NCBI GenBank assembly: GCA_965240325.2
Contig: OZ251226.1
Span: forward strand, 558,001 to 622,000
Direction of reading: 5' to 3'
Origin: Rebecca billardiae RCC1528
Taxonomy: Eukaryota; Protista; Haptophyta
Length of the DNA stretch: 64,000 nucleotides
Shown: positions 22,976-34,309 of the stretch, one piece after another
How the letters are laid out: every line of letters begins with the position of its first letter
Position numbering within the stretch: position 1 is the stretch's first letter
The notes under the pieces: generated by a model
What the model was told of the DNA's origin: nothing
Seen by the model: the letters and a program-made list of their open reading frames with translations, nothing else
Databases searched by the model: none
Made by a program: the position numbers and the translations under genes

Positions 22976-25003
22976 ATGGAGAAGAAGGCCTCGTTCAACA
23001 TCCCCGACTCCATCAAGGACGGGTGCGCGCGCGAGCGCGCGCGTGCACGTCCCTCGCCGTCGCTCGTCCGCCGCGCGTGGCACGGCCTCACGCGCGGCCG
23101 GCTTTCCGCCCGCGCCTCGAGCGCAGCTGGCGGCGCACAAAGCAGACGACCAAGGTGAAGCTGGGCAAGGCGGACGCGACGCAGGATGACGAGGACTTCG
23201 ACCACCTCGTCGTGCAGTGCAAGGAGCAGCACCAGCAGCTCAAGCGTGTGTACAACGCCATCGTCTCGCATGTGAACGCGCTCAAGCACTCGGCTTCCAG
23301 CGGTCTGCAGCTCTCGACCGATCTCACCGAGTTCTACTCGGACGTGGCGGCGGAGCACCGGCCGTTGGCGGTGAGCAACCAGAAGGCGTGGGGAGAGACT
23401 GTCGCGATGAGCGGCCGCTTCCTCGACAACCTGATGGAGGCGAACGTGCTCACGCCGCTGCAGCACTCGCTCGCTGAGTACGACCGTCTCGCTGAGATCT
23501 GGGACGAGCGCGTCAAGCGGCGGATGGACTACGACTACTACAGGCGCGCGCGCTGGGGGCGGGCGGCAGAGGGCGCGCTCGTCGCATCCCCGCGTGCCTG
23601 GCGCCCGAGCTGCTCGTTCGCCTGCGCCCACACGCCTGCCCGCCTGGCGCCGCCCGCGCGCGCGTGCGTCGGCGCTGGTGCGCCGCTGCGCAGGACCAAG
23701 ACGGGCGCGCTCGAGCAGAGGCGCGAGAAGCAGAGCGACGAGAAGATCGCGCGGAACGAGGCCAAGCTCGAGCAGTCGCGCCGCGTGTACGAGGCGCTGA
23801 CCGAGGAGGCGCGCAAGCGGATGCGCGAGCTCATCTCCGAGCGGTACGCGACGTTCGGAGCGCCGTTCACGCAGATGGTCTCGGCGGAGCGCGCGTTCAT
23901 TGTGGAGCTGCACAAGCAGCAGGAGGGCCTCGCGCAGTGGTCAAACGACGTGGCGATCGCCGCCGCGGCGCAGTCGTCGCACGCGCGCCCGTCGCGCCGG
24001 CGGGAGTCGCTCTCGCGCGAGGCGCTCGTCGCCGAGGCGCCGGTGGCGGGCGCGTACACCGACCGCTCGCGCACAGCCTCGGTGGAGGAGGTGGGACCGT
24101 ACGGGAGGGGGGGCGGTGGCGGCGCGGTGGCGGAGCCGGAGGTATGAGCGGACGCGCGCGCGCGCGCGCGAGCGGCCACACGCGTGCCTGCCTTTGCGCG
24201 CGCGCCGTCGCTCACCGGTGCCGCACGGCCGCTTGGCGCGGCGCCGGCGCCGCGCGCCGCGCTCGGATGCACCGCAGGTGCCTGTGGTCTCCATGGAGCA
24301 GCTCACGACGCGCGACGGCCGCTCCGGTTCGGCCGCGAGCAACGGCGCATCGACGGGCGCGGGGTATGCGCCGCCCGCCAGCCAGGGCGGCGCGCAGAGC
24401 CAGAGCAACCCGTTCGCGGACTTGATGGGTGACTCGGCCCCGCCGGCGCAGCAGCAGCAGCCCGCGCCCGGCGCGCAGCCCGGGCCGATGGTCGATCTGC
24501 TCAACGACTCTGCACCCGCGCAGCCTGCGCAGCAGCAGCAGCAGCAACAGCAGCAGGCGGGCTCGGAGCTGATCTCGTTCGGCGCGGGCGAGCCGCTGGA
24601 TCCGCTCGTCGCGCTGACGTCGTCGCAGCCGCAGCAGCCGGCAGCCGTGCCCGCCCCGGCCCCGGTGCCCGCGCCGAGCGGCGGCGGTGAGCGGTACCAG
24701 GCGCTGTGCGACTACACGCCGGGCGACACGCGCATGCTGACGATTCAGAAGGGGGACGTGCTGATCAAGGAGCGCGAAGAGGACGGCTGGTTCTACGGCT
24801 CGAACCCGCAGGGCATGTCCGGCTACTTCCCGTGCGCGCGCGCGCCGTCCGCGCCCGCCACGCGCCCGGAGTGCCTAGGCACCAATGCCGCTGGCAGGCC
24901 GCTGCTGCTCACACCGCCGCGGCCCACCCTCCCCCGCCTGCGCGCGTGCCCCATCACTCCGGTTCACTCTGTGCGCAGGCCAAACTACTGCAAGAAGCTG
25001 TGA
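22976..25003 (+). CDS. BAR-SH3 endocytic adaptor (amphiphysin/endophilin-like); introns 23023-23126, 23544-23693 (GC-AG), 24142-24277, 24832-24978
   Basis: BAR motifs KLGKADATQD..F, RRMDYDYYR; NPF motif; SH3 YQALCDY..LTIQKGD..DGWFYG..GYFPPNY. Confidence 0.88.
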
Positions 25004-25819
25004 TCCGCCGTGTAGCTGCTGCTGCCCGAGTCCCTGCCGAGGCCTCGGGCTCAGGCACAGTTCTTTCTATGCGACGACCACCAGCCGGTCAGTCTTCAGT
25101 CTGCCCAGTCTTCGGATTCAGTGATGCGCATTTTGCGCTCGGAGGACCGGCACCAGCAAGGCACATGCGCCATGCTGGCGTGCGAAGCGAACCCGCTCCC
25201 GCCGACCGCTGGACCGTGGCCAAGGTCCGCCGTACGGCCGATGCGATGGCGGCGACCGTGACGACCGAGTGAGTGGCCGCGAGATCGATCTCACCGGTCG
25301 TCGCGCCCTGCGTCGACCGCGGAGTCCCGCGTCCGGCCGTCCGCGTCTCACTCGGTGCGGGCTGCGAGTGCGGCGTAGTCACTAGTCGCCGTCGGCTGAG
25401 TGTGACTGTCTGACTGAGCGAGTGCTGCCTGGCCTGAGTGAGACTCGGCGGACGCAGCCGGCGGGTCGGAGCGCCGAGCGGGCGCGCCGGGCGCCGGCGG
25501 TGCTCCGGCGACGCCAGGGACAGGGTCATGCAAGCAGTAGGTCCGCCGCGTCTATTAGCTATATATATATATACTGCTAGCTGTCATCAATGCGGCGACG
25601 TCAACTAGTTTGACTTCATCAAGGGCTGTGAGTGAGTCAGTGAGTAGCTAGTGACTGTGACGAGCCTGGGAGTGGGGGCTTAATGGGGCGGCAGGCTGCC
25701 AGGGCCCGGCCGGCGCGGCCCCGCACCGTGTCCGTGTGGCGTATCGTCCTTGAGTGCCCGTGACCGGCTCGACGCCACGGCATTCGCGACTGAGAGCAGT
25801 CCGCCGCGGAAGCGTCGGG

Positions 25820-26425
25820 TCAGATCAACTTCTTCATCTGGAAGTACCGCTTGAGGTAGTAGATTTGCCACAGGCCCATGGCCACCAGGATCGTAAGCGT
25901 CATGATGTTGAACCACAACACGCGCGTGTTGGTGGTCTCGTTGGTGTCTCGCATCTCCTCCTCGCGCCCGCGCATGTAGATCATCTCCTCCTTGATCTGC
26001 AGCGCCATGTCCCTCATCTTGTCGAGCTGCTTTTCTATTTGCTCGACGTGGTCCTTTCGCGCGATTGAGGAGTGGTCATCAACCTCGACGCCCTTGCGCA
26101 CGGTGACGACAACCTTACGCCTCGTCGGCGAGGAGTTTGAGAAGCAGACCTTATGCAGCCCGGTGGACTCCGTCGTCACCGCGAAGTGGTGCGGGTCCGA
26201 CGTCGTCCGCTCGAAGAGGACGACGCTCAGCGGGCCGAGCACCTTCACGTGGCCCTCAAAGTCAGCGGTGGGCTCGATGGTGTAGTCGCCCGTGAAGAGC
26301 GCCTTCTCCGGAAGCTCCTCGGAGATGCAGCGGCTGCTCTGCGCCTCCACCCAAAACTGCGTGGCGCTCGCTGCCCTCGCGCACGCGGCCAGTACCAGCG
26401 CGCGGAGCCCTCGCCGCGCAGCCAT
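25820..26425 (-). CDS. TMED10: p24/emp24 GOLD-domain cargo receptor (TMED10/p24delta-like)
   Basis: Signal peptide, CISEE, REEEMRDTNETTNTRV, TM, YLKRYFQMKKLI* dilysine tail. Confidence 0.9.
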   Translation of the reverse strand: MAARRGLRALVLAACARAASATQFWVEAQSSRCISEELPEKALFTGDYTIEPTADFEGHVKVLGPLSVVLFERTTSDPHHFAVTTESTGLHKVCFSNSSPTRRKVVVTVRKGVEVDDHSSIARKDHVEQIEKQLDKMRDMALQIKEEMIYMRGREEEMRDTNETTNTRVLWFNIMTLTILVAMGLWQIYYLKRYFQMKKLI

Positions 26426-26549
26426 CGCTTCCCCGGGTGGCGGCGCGCCGGACCGCGCGAACTCGGCGAAGCGACCTCGTCCTCCGCGTCCTGACGTCCT
26501 GGCCGTCCGCGTGGGACGTGAAGTTGCTCATCACCGCCCGGGCTACGCA

Positions 26550-27533
26550 ATGGCGTCCGTGACGTCGGAGGAGCTGCCCGGCAAGTACGGCGAGCCGTCG
26601 GCCCGTGACATCGTGGGCTACGGCGCGTCTCCGCCGGACCCGAAGTGGCCCAACGGCGCGAAGGTGGCGCTTTCTCTCGTTCTCAACTACGAGGAAGGCG
26701 CGGAGGCCTGCCTGCTGCACGGCGACAATGAGTCGGAGAAGCTGCTGTCGGAGATCGTGGGGGCGGCGGCCCTGCACGGACAGCGCCACGCCAACATGGA
26801 GTCGTTGTACGACTATGGCTCCCGCGCCGGGTTCTGGCGCCTGCACCGCCTCCTCACGAGCCGGCGCGTGCCCTGCACTGTCTTTGCGTGTGGGATGGCC
26901 CTCGCGCGCAACCCGGAGGCCGCGACGGCCATGGCGACGGCGGGCTGGGAGGTGGCCTCGCACGGGTACCGCTGGCTGGACTACCAGGATGTCGACGAGG
27001 CCACCGAGCGCGAGCACATCGCCACCACCGTCAAAGTGCATGAGCGCCTTTTTGGCAAGCCGCCCGTTGGGATGTACCAGGGCAAGCCGAATGTGAACAC
27101 TCGCAGGCTGGTGGTCGAGCACGGCTCGTTCCTGTACGACTGCGACTCGTACGCGGACGACCTGCCGTATTGGAGCCTCGAGCACGACCGCCCGCACCTC
27201 GTCGTGCCGTACACGCTCTCCGAGAACGACATGCGCTTCGCGATCCCGAACGGCTTCTCGCACGGCGGCGAGTTCTCCAAGTTTCTCATCGACTCCCTCG
27301 ACTATCTGGTGGAGGAGGGGCGGCAGGGGATGCCCAAGATGATGAGTGTCGGGCTGCACTGCCGGCTGGCCGGCCGGCCCGGCCGCGCGAAGGGACTCGC
27401 TGACTTCCTCGAGCACGCGCAGGGGCTCGGCCCGGACGTGTGGATCTGCACGCGCGAGGAGATTGCGCGGCACTGGTACAAGCACCACTGGCCCGCGGGC
27501 CACGGCGAGCCGCCCGCAGCTGCGCTTGCATGA
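26550..27533 (+). CDS. puuE: PuuE-type allantoinase (polysaccharide deacetylase fold)
   Basis: RDIVGYG..WPNGAKVALSLVLNYEEGAE, MESLYDYGSRAGFWRL, EVASHGYRW, YADDLPYW, NDMRF, KMMSVGLHCRLAGRPGR, EIARHW. Confidence 0.92.
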   Translation: MASVTSEELPGKYGEPSARDIVGYGASPPDPKWPNGAKVALSLVLNYEEGAEACLLHGDNESEKLLSEIVGAAALHGQRHANMESLYDYGSRAGFWRLHRLLTSRRVPCTVFACGMALARNPEAATAMATAGWEVASHGYRWLDYQDVDEATEREHIATTVKVHERLFGKPPVGMYQGKPNVNTRRLVVEHGSFLYDCDSYADDLPYWSLEHDRPHLVVPYTLSENDMRFAIPNGFSHGGEFSKFLIDSLDYLVEEGRQGMPKMMSVGLHCRLAGRPGRAKGLADFLEHAQGLGPDVWICTREEIARHWYKHHWPAGHGEPPAAALA

Positions 27534-28551
27534 ACCAGCTCCTGACACCAGGTCGTTGCGTCCCTGCGCCTCGCACGGCGGGCAAGCGCCCCTCGACACC
27601 CGCGCAGCTGTTGGCGAGGGCAGGCGACGATGCCGTTGCCGTGATCGACAGATGACATGTGTGATGCGGTCTGGTGACCAGCCCAGTCCGACCAGCGTGG
27701 CGCCGACTCATCGGCGACAGCACGACCGACGTTCACGTACTCGGCGACAGCATTCTGACCGGATTGAGCCACAGGGGGTTGCCAGTGTATTAGTGTAACG
27801 CGCGCGGGTCTCCCTCTCCCGCTGACGTCCGCGGCATCGCCTGTGGCGGATGCTGAGCCATGTTATCGTCACCATGTAGCTCTTGCTGACTCTTCGGCAG
27901 CGGCACTACTGTCACACTGATTCAGAAGATTGAAGATCGAGTCTCGACTCTCGGCTGCATGCACGTGACGTGCATACGGACTACGGCAGTAGCGTTACAA
28001 GCTCACCGACGACCGTGCGCGTCAGCGCGAGGACAGTGTCAGGCGTGTCCTCGAGTGGCCTGGCTGTGCTTTACAGTACGATATACTTGCTGCTGACTAA
28101 GCAGCCTATAGGCTCATACAAATCATCACTCACTCATCCGCGACCCGATGACTCCCGGGATGAGGCATGACCAGCCACTACTGACCAAGTACTAGGCCAC
28201 GACATCCGAATCATCATCCACCAGCTGCTGACCAAGTAGGTGACGCCCTTGCCGACACAACATGCTCACCCGTCTTTGACTTGGTACCCATGCACTTCCT
28301 GGCGGGCCTGACGACGTCGATGACGACAACAACAACATCAACCCTGGCGACCAACATCAACGTGCTCATCACCTCATGAACACCACTGCCACTGCGAGAC
28401 GCACACTGACACTTGTTACCAGGGCACTCGGAACTCGGAAGCTAGTGCTTGATGAATGAAAACCCACGTGGCGCCATCGCCGAAGCGGCGTTGACGACCT
28501 TCCTTCCGCTCGGCCGGACGCGACGCGCGCTCGTCGGGGACGTGCGTCAGC

Positions 28552-29619
28552 ATGCTCGGACGCTTCAGCCCTCTGGTTCGCGGGGCCGCGTCGGCGGCGG
28601 CGGCCGCTGCCTCGGGCGCAGCGGTGGGTGCGTGGGCCCTCGGCTTTGCCACCCCCGTCGCCGAGGCGGAGCCCTACCACGGCGCGAAGATGTCGACGCT
28701 GCGCGAGACAGACTACCCGATCCCCGACCACTACCACGGCAAGTGGCGCGTGAAGGTGCTCAAGGTGCGACGACCGCCGCCGGGCGTGGAGGCGCGGCAC
28801 GACATCTCTGAGTACATGGTGCGCGTGTGGCTCTGGTCCGACGACTACGAGAAGGTGTACACGAAGGAGGACAACGCAGACCTGGTCGCGACCGACACGA
28901 CCAAGAACACCGTGTACATCGTCGCGAAGCGCACGCCGTGCGAGACGCCGGAGCAGTTTGGCATCGACATCTGCACGCACTTTCTCACCGAGTACCCCGT
29001 CCTCCAGAAGGTCATGGTCGAGGTCGACGAGAAGCCGTGGACGCGCGCGGTCGTGAACGGCGAGGAGCACGACCACTCGTTCGTGCTCGGCTCCAACGAG
29101 TTTGCGCGCGCGACGGTCGAGATCGAGCGGACCAAGATGGGCGCACTGGGGAAGCCGAGCGTGGTGTCGTCGATCCAGACGATGACGGTCCTCAAGACCA
29201 CGCAGTCCGGCTTCACGGGCTACCTGCAGGACCAGTACACGCTGCTGCCGGAGACGGAGGAGCGGTGCGTCGCGACCGAGCTGTGCGCCGAGTGGACCTT
29301 CATGAAGTCGGACCCGCCGCCCAACTACGCAAAGGTGCGCAAGACGGTGCGCGAGCAGCTCAAGTACGGGATCTTCGGCCCGGCGCGCGGCGGCGTGTAC
29401 TCGGCCTCGCTCCAGGCGACCGTCTACGACGCGGGCTGCCTCGTGCTCGACGCGGCGCCGCACGTGAAGGACATCACCATCTTCACGCCCAACCAGCACT
29501 ACCTGCCCGCGCGCTTCCTCGACCAGCTCACCGAGAAGTTCGAGGACGACGTGTTCGTGCCGACGAGCGAGCCGTCGGGCACGATCTGCTGCCGCGTGGC
29601 GCGCACGAGCGCCATCTGA
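28552..29619 (+). CDS. UOX: Urate oxidase (uricase) with N-terminal extension
   Basis: HGKWRVKVLKV, ATDTTKNTVY, TVLKTTQSGF, YSASLQAT, PNQHY, VFVPTSEPSGTI. Confidence 0.95.
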   Translation: MLGRFSPLVRGAASAAAAAASGAAVGAWALGFATPVAEAEPYHGAKMSTLRETDYPIPDHYHGKWRVKVLKVRRPPPGVEARHDISEYMVRVWLWSDDYEKVYTKEDNADLVATDTTKNTVYIVAKRTPCETPEQFGIDICTHFLTEYPVLQKVMVEVDEKPWTRAVVNGEEHDHSFVLGSNEFARATVEIERTKMGALGKPSVVSSIQTMTVLKTTQSGFTGYLQDQYTLLPETEERCVATELCAEWTFMKSDPPPNYAKVRKTVREQLKYGIFGPARGGVYSASLQATVYDAGCLVLDAAPHVKDITIFTPNQHYLPARFLDQLTEKFEDDVFVPTSEPSGTICCRVARTSAI

Positions 29620-30393
29620 GCTGGCGGCGGCGGCCGAGCATCCTTCGAGCGGGATGACGGTCGCCGCGCCGTTGGCATCGGCGAGTGGCCGACTAGGCAC
29701 GCCGTGACGGCCGGGCCGCGGCGCCGCCGCGGCGCCGCAGCGCCGCCTCCGCGCCAGGTAGCGGCTGCCGCCGGCTGCCCGGCGGGTGGCAGCAGGCGGT
29801 GGCGATGATGGCCTCTGCATCCGAGCGGTCCTCTGCGCGAGCCCAATCCTCGAGGGCGGTCGGCCGCTCGTCACCACGTCATCAGTCCGGCCGCGCATCA
29901 TTCGCGCATCCAAGTAGCTGCGCAATTAAGATGAAAGTCTGAAGTTCGGTGTCTCTCTAATAGTAACGACTTATGATACTCGAATTTACGAATAATTAGT
30001 TTGGTGTCTCAACATCCGCGGCTTGACTAGTGGGTATGCAAATGGTATGCAATCAACGAATCGGGACCGCCTTTCGTCAGGCTGCCCAAACTTCTGCACA
30101 TAGTCCCCACTGAGAGCAGCAACTCCAAGCGTTGCGGCTCTGCATCACTTTATTTTTTGTTAGGGCTACCTCCGTTCTCAAACGCCGTTGATTCGGCTGG
30201 AGGCCGCCGCTGAGCGCGCTTATGGCAAAAAAGCGACCGGGGGCCCCGCGCCAGAAGGGCATGCCGAAACCTGGCGAGTAGTACCGCGTGGATGCCCACG
30301 GCGATTCTGTGCATCCGCCACCTGCCTGTTCGTTCGCGCGCAGATTGCCGCCGAGCGCGCCGCTGCTGTCGCCGACCGCCAAAAGCCGCACTC

Positions 30394-32007
30394 ATGTCGC
30401 GCGTGGACGAGGTGCCCACCCTGCCCCCTGCCGAGCATACCCTCGCCTTCTGCGGCCGCTTCATCCGCACCCCGACCCTCGGCGAGCTCGTGATCTCGTC
30501 GCCGCAGGGCCTCATCCTGGTGGACGAGCGCTCGGGCGCGATCGCGCTCGTGCTCGATCTGGCGGGCTCGTCGGCGGCGTGCGACGCCGCGCGCGCGCAC
30601 GTGGGGACGCTGCCGAGCGAGTGCGTCACCACGCTCGGCCCCTCGCAGTTCCTGCTTCCCGGCTTCGTCGATGGGCACGCGCATGCGCCGCAGTACGCAA
30701 ACCACGGGATTGGCCTGGACCTTCCGCTCCTCGACTGGCTGGAGCGGTACACGTTCCCGACGGAGTCGCGCTTCAAGGACGTGGAGTACGCGAAGCGTAT
30801 CTACCGCTCCGCCGTCGGCCGCCACCTGCGCTTCGGCACCACCACGTGCTCGTACTTTGCGACCATCCACCGCGAGGGCTCTGAGGAGCTCGTGCGGCAG
30901 GTGCGGCTCGCCGGCCAGCGCGCGCACGTGGGCAAGGTGTCGATGGACCGGAACTCGCCGCCGAACTACATCGAGCCGTCGGCGACGGTTGCCGCCAAGG
31001 AGGCCGAGCTCTTCGTCGACAACGTCCTCACCTCGCGCAAGCACGACGAGAAGTGCGGCGAGGGCAGCGCGAAGCCGCCGCTCGTGACGCCGGCCGTCAT
31101 CCCGCGCTTTGCGCCGTCGTGCACGCCCGAGCTGATGGCGGCGCTGGGGAAGCTCTCGCGCCGTGGCGAGCCCGGCGGGCGCGGGCCGCTGCCCATGCAC
31201 ACGCACCTCTCCGAGAACGCCTCGGAGTGCGCGTGGGTGATGGAGATGCACCCGGAGGCCTCGTGCTACGCAGACGTGTACCGGCAGGCGGGCCTGCTGC
31301 ACGAGCGTTCCTACTTTGCGCACTGCTGCCACTGCAACCCCACGGAGCGCGACATGCTGCACTCGCACGGCGCGGGCGTGGTGCACTGCGCCGCGTCGAA
31401 CTTCCTCGTCGGCGGCGCGCTGTGCAACGTGCGCCGCTGGTTGGAAGAGGGCGTGCCCGTCGCCCTCGGCACGGACGTGTCGGGCGGCTGGTCCGCGTCG
31501 ATGCTCGATGCGATCCGGCAGACGGTCATCACCTCCAACCTCGTCAGCCGCGCGCCGGACGAGAACGAGCGCAAGTGGGCGCCGCTCACGTGGCAGGAGA
31601 CGCTGTACCTCGCCACGCAGGGCGGCGCGCGCGTGCTCGGCCTCGCCGACGTCACCGGCGACCTCCGGCCGGGCCTCCAGTTCGACGCGCTCCTCGTCGA
31701 CGTCGCGCCGCCGTGCGGCGGCGCCTTCTGCGTCTTTGACGAGGACGACACGCAGATGCGGCTCGAGAAGTTCCTCTTCACCGGCGACGACCGGCACATC
31801 GCCTCGGTGTACGTGGCGGGGCGGCGAGTCGCGGGCGCGTCGCAGCCCGCGCCGCGCTCCACGCCGCGCGGGACCGCCTCCGGCTCGACCGACGAGACGG
31901 CCGACGACCCGCTCGTCGCAAACGCGCGCGGCATCCGCGCGCGCGCCGCCGTGGACGCGGACGAGGCGGCGGCGCGCCCGGCCAAGGCGCTCAAGCTCGG
32001 CGAGTAG
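30394..32007 (+). CDS. GDA: Guanine deaminase (amidohydrolase superfamily)
   Basis: LLPGFVDGHAHAPQY, LLDWLERYTFP.E, GTTT.SYFATIH, PRFAPSC, HTHLSEN, LGTDVSGG, GDDRHI..VYVAG. Confidence 0.95.
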   Translation: MSRVDEVPTLPPAEHTLAFCGRFIRTPTLGELVISSPQGLILVDERSGAIALVLDLAGSSAACDAARAHVGTLPSECVTTLGPSQFLLPGFVDGHAHAPQYANHGIGLDLPLLDWLERYTFPTESRFKDVEYAKRIYRSAVGRHLRFGTTTCSYFATIHREGSEELVRQVRLAGQRAHVGKVSMDRNSPPNYIEPSATVAAKEAELFVDNVLTSRKHDEKCGEGSAKPPLVTPAVIPRFAPSCTPELMAALGKLSRRGEPGGRGPLPMHTHLSENASECAWVMEMHPEASCYADVYRQAGLLHERSYFAHCCHCNPTERDMLHSHGAGVVHCAASNFLVGGALCNVRRWLEEGVPVALGTDVSGGWSASMLDAIRQTVITSNLVSRAPDENERKWAPLTWQETLYLATQGGARVLGLADVTGDLRPGLQFDALLVDVAPPCGGAFCVFDEDDTQMRLEKFLFTGDDRHIASVYVAGRRVAGASQPAPRSTPRGTASGSTDETADDPLVANARGIRARAAVDADEAAARPAKALKLGE

Positions 32008-32893
32008 GCGCGCGGACTGGCCGCCGCGCTCGGCTCGCGCGCGAGAGACGCGCGCGCCGCGTCGCAGAGCCCCTCAACTCCTCCCACCTCGGCATCCACC
32101 AACCACCTGTCGCCCACCACCTGAAGCCCTAGTTTCCTCTGCTCCGCTGTGCACTCCTCGCCCCGGGGCGTCGCACCGGCTCGCACGCGAGCGGTGAGAC
32201 TCACCTTCGAGAAGCCGTGCCGCCGCGCCCGCCTCAAGTCCCTGTCGGGCTTGACGCAGCGCACGTCCGCCATCGCCGCTTCAACAACCTCATCGGCACC
32301 GCGCCCTCCGTGCATCGTCGTAGTCGGATACGGAGGACCAGGACGACACGGCCTGCGACGTCGCGACCGCGGCCGACCGCCGCACCCGGCCCCGGGCCTC
32401 CAGGTCCGTCCAGCGCAGCGGCAGCGGCGCCCAGCGGCAGTGTCCAGCCGTCACGGCACGGCCCATAGCCCCACTGTACACATTTTATAAAGTGACATAT
32501 ACCAACAATGTTCCGATGATGACCGCAGTGACGGCAGCCACTCAGCCCGTCGTACTCGTATAGAGGCGTTAGCGTAGAGTTTAATAATAATAAGATAATA
32601 AGTTACGGTAACTAGTACCGGGCCGTACCGGCACCAGTAGGCAGTACTACGGAGTGAACGCCTTCGGCACGGGCGTCCGGCGTCACGGCGTGCGAGTCAG
32701 TGAGTGAGACGTCCGAAGACGAACGTTGGACGTTGCCAGGCGTCAGTCACTGCTGTCGACTGTCGTTCTGGAGAACGAGATAATCCGAGATTCGGTCCCG
32801 AGACCCGACTCCCGAGCCGCGGCGTGCGGTCAGGAGGCTCGATCGCACTCCACGGCCACGGGCTACGGCTGCTGCGCGCCACTGAGGTCTGAG

Positions 32894-33838
32894 CTAGCTC
32901 AGCCTGTAGATGCGCACGGCATTGTCGTGGAACAGTGCCCGGAGCTGCGCCTTGCCCAGCTTCGCCTCCTGCGCCACCTTGTGGTACATGCCCCAGCGCT
33001 CCTTGGCGCTGCTGAAGTCGATCAGGTCGACGGGCAGGTTCGACGAGAACATGCAGCGCTCCACGCCGAACGCCTCGATGCACGTGAGCACGTGCTTGCG
33101 CGTCTCCTCGACGTCGAAGCCGCCGTCGTACGCGCCGAGCCCGCCAATCTTGCACGCCACGTTCGGCACAGCCGCGAGCTTGGCGAGGCCCCTCTGCCAG
33201 GCGTCGAACTCGCCGCGAAGCGGGAACCCGGCGTGGTTGAGCACGACCTGCAGCTTCGGGAAGCGCGCGGCGAAGCCCGCCGCCTCCTCCAGCTGCACCG
33301 CGCACACCTGCAGGTCGAAGATCAGCCCGCGCGCCTCGAGCAGCCCCACGCCCTTCAGAAACGCCTTGTCGGACATGTAGCGCCCGTGCTCGCTCTGGTT
33401 GAGCTCCGGGCGTGTCGGGTGCCAGTCAAGCATGAAGCGCACGCCGCGGAAGTTCTTGAAGTGCATGTGCGCGTCGAGGATGGGCGCGGCCTGCTCAGGC
33501 TTGTCGAGCGGTGCCCATGCGATGATGCCGTCGGGCCGGCCGGTCGTGTCGGCCAGCGCCTGCATGTACGCGGTCTCTGCGATCGGCATGCCCGTGCTCG
33601 CGTGCATGTTCGCCTGGACGTACACCGACTTGGCCAGCGGTGCGAAGGGCTTGAGGTCCGCCGCATGCATCGCCGGCGTGTACGGCTTGGCGACGGGCGC
33701 GAACCGCCCATACGGCGTGTCGTGCGCAGAGCCGCCTGGCACGACCTCACGCAGCCAATGGTGCGTGTCCGGCGACCAGTAGTGCACGTGGGGATCCGCG
33801 ATCGCATCGGGCATACCGCTCATCATCCGCTTCAGCAT
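32894..33838 (-). CDS. Amidohydrolase_2 family protein (sugar-lactonase/L-fuconolactone hydrolase-like)
   Basis: DPHVHYW, FRGVR, LIFDLQ, VVLNHAG.P, NVACKIGG, FGVERCMFSSN.PVD, NAVRIYRL. Confidence 0.85.
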   Translation of the reverse strand: MLKRMMSGMPDAIADPHVHYWSPDTHHWLREVVPGGSAHDTPYGRFAPVAKPYTPAMHAADLKPFAPLAKSVYVQANMHASTGMPIAETAYMQALADTTGRPDGIIAWAPLDKPEQAAPILDAHMHFKNFRGVRFMLDWHPTRPELNQSEHGRYMSDKAFLKGVGLLEARGLIFDLQVCAVQLEEAAGFAARFPKLQVVLNHAGFPLRGEFDAWQRGLAKLAAVPNVACKIGGLGAYDGGFDVEETRKHVLTCIEAFGVERCMFSSNLPVDLIDFSSAKERWGMYHKVAQEAKLGKAQLRALFHDNAVRIYRLS

Positions 33839-34309
33839 GGCTGTGGCAGGTGTGCGCTGCGCTGAAAATCTCCCACCGCGCCAGCTCTGTCTCAACATGC
33901 GCTCACGCGCTTCCTTCCGGCCAACTTCGCGATCGCGGCCACCCGGCTGCCGACCTTGCTGCCAATCTGAAATCAAGATGGCTGCCGTTCCCGATCGAGA
34001 TCACAAATTCGTGACGAACCGGAAGCCTGTAACTACGGCCAGGCGCAACGGCTCGCCCTTGTAGCGACTACTACCAGTACGGAACCGGATCTCGCGCAAA
34101 ACGAACTCGCGAATAACAGCTCCTAATTGAGAGGATCTTGCGCCGTGTGGCGGCGGCTGCTCGACATCTTGATCAGCAGGCTGCTGATTACTTAGTGATT
34201 TTCTAGTGGTTATCATAGAGCACCTGCTGCGACTCGGACTTCACGGCGCGCGCCGGCGCGAACAGGACGGTTGACGCCCACTCCTGGCGCGGGCACCATT
34301 CCCACCGCC

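Noticed and set aside
27534-30393. Hidden HIU hydrolase or OHCU decarboxylase between the purine genes
   Set aside because: No transthyretin-like YRGS or OHCU decarboxylase motifs seen in the gaps
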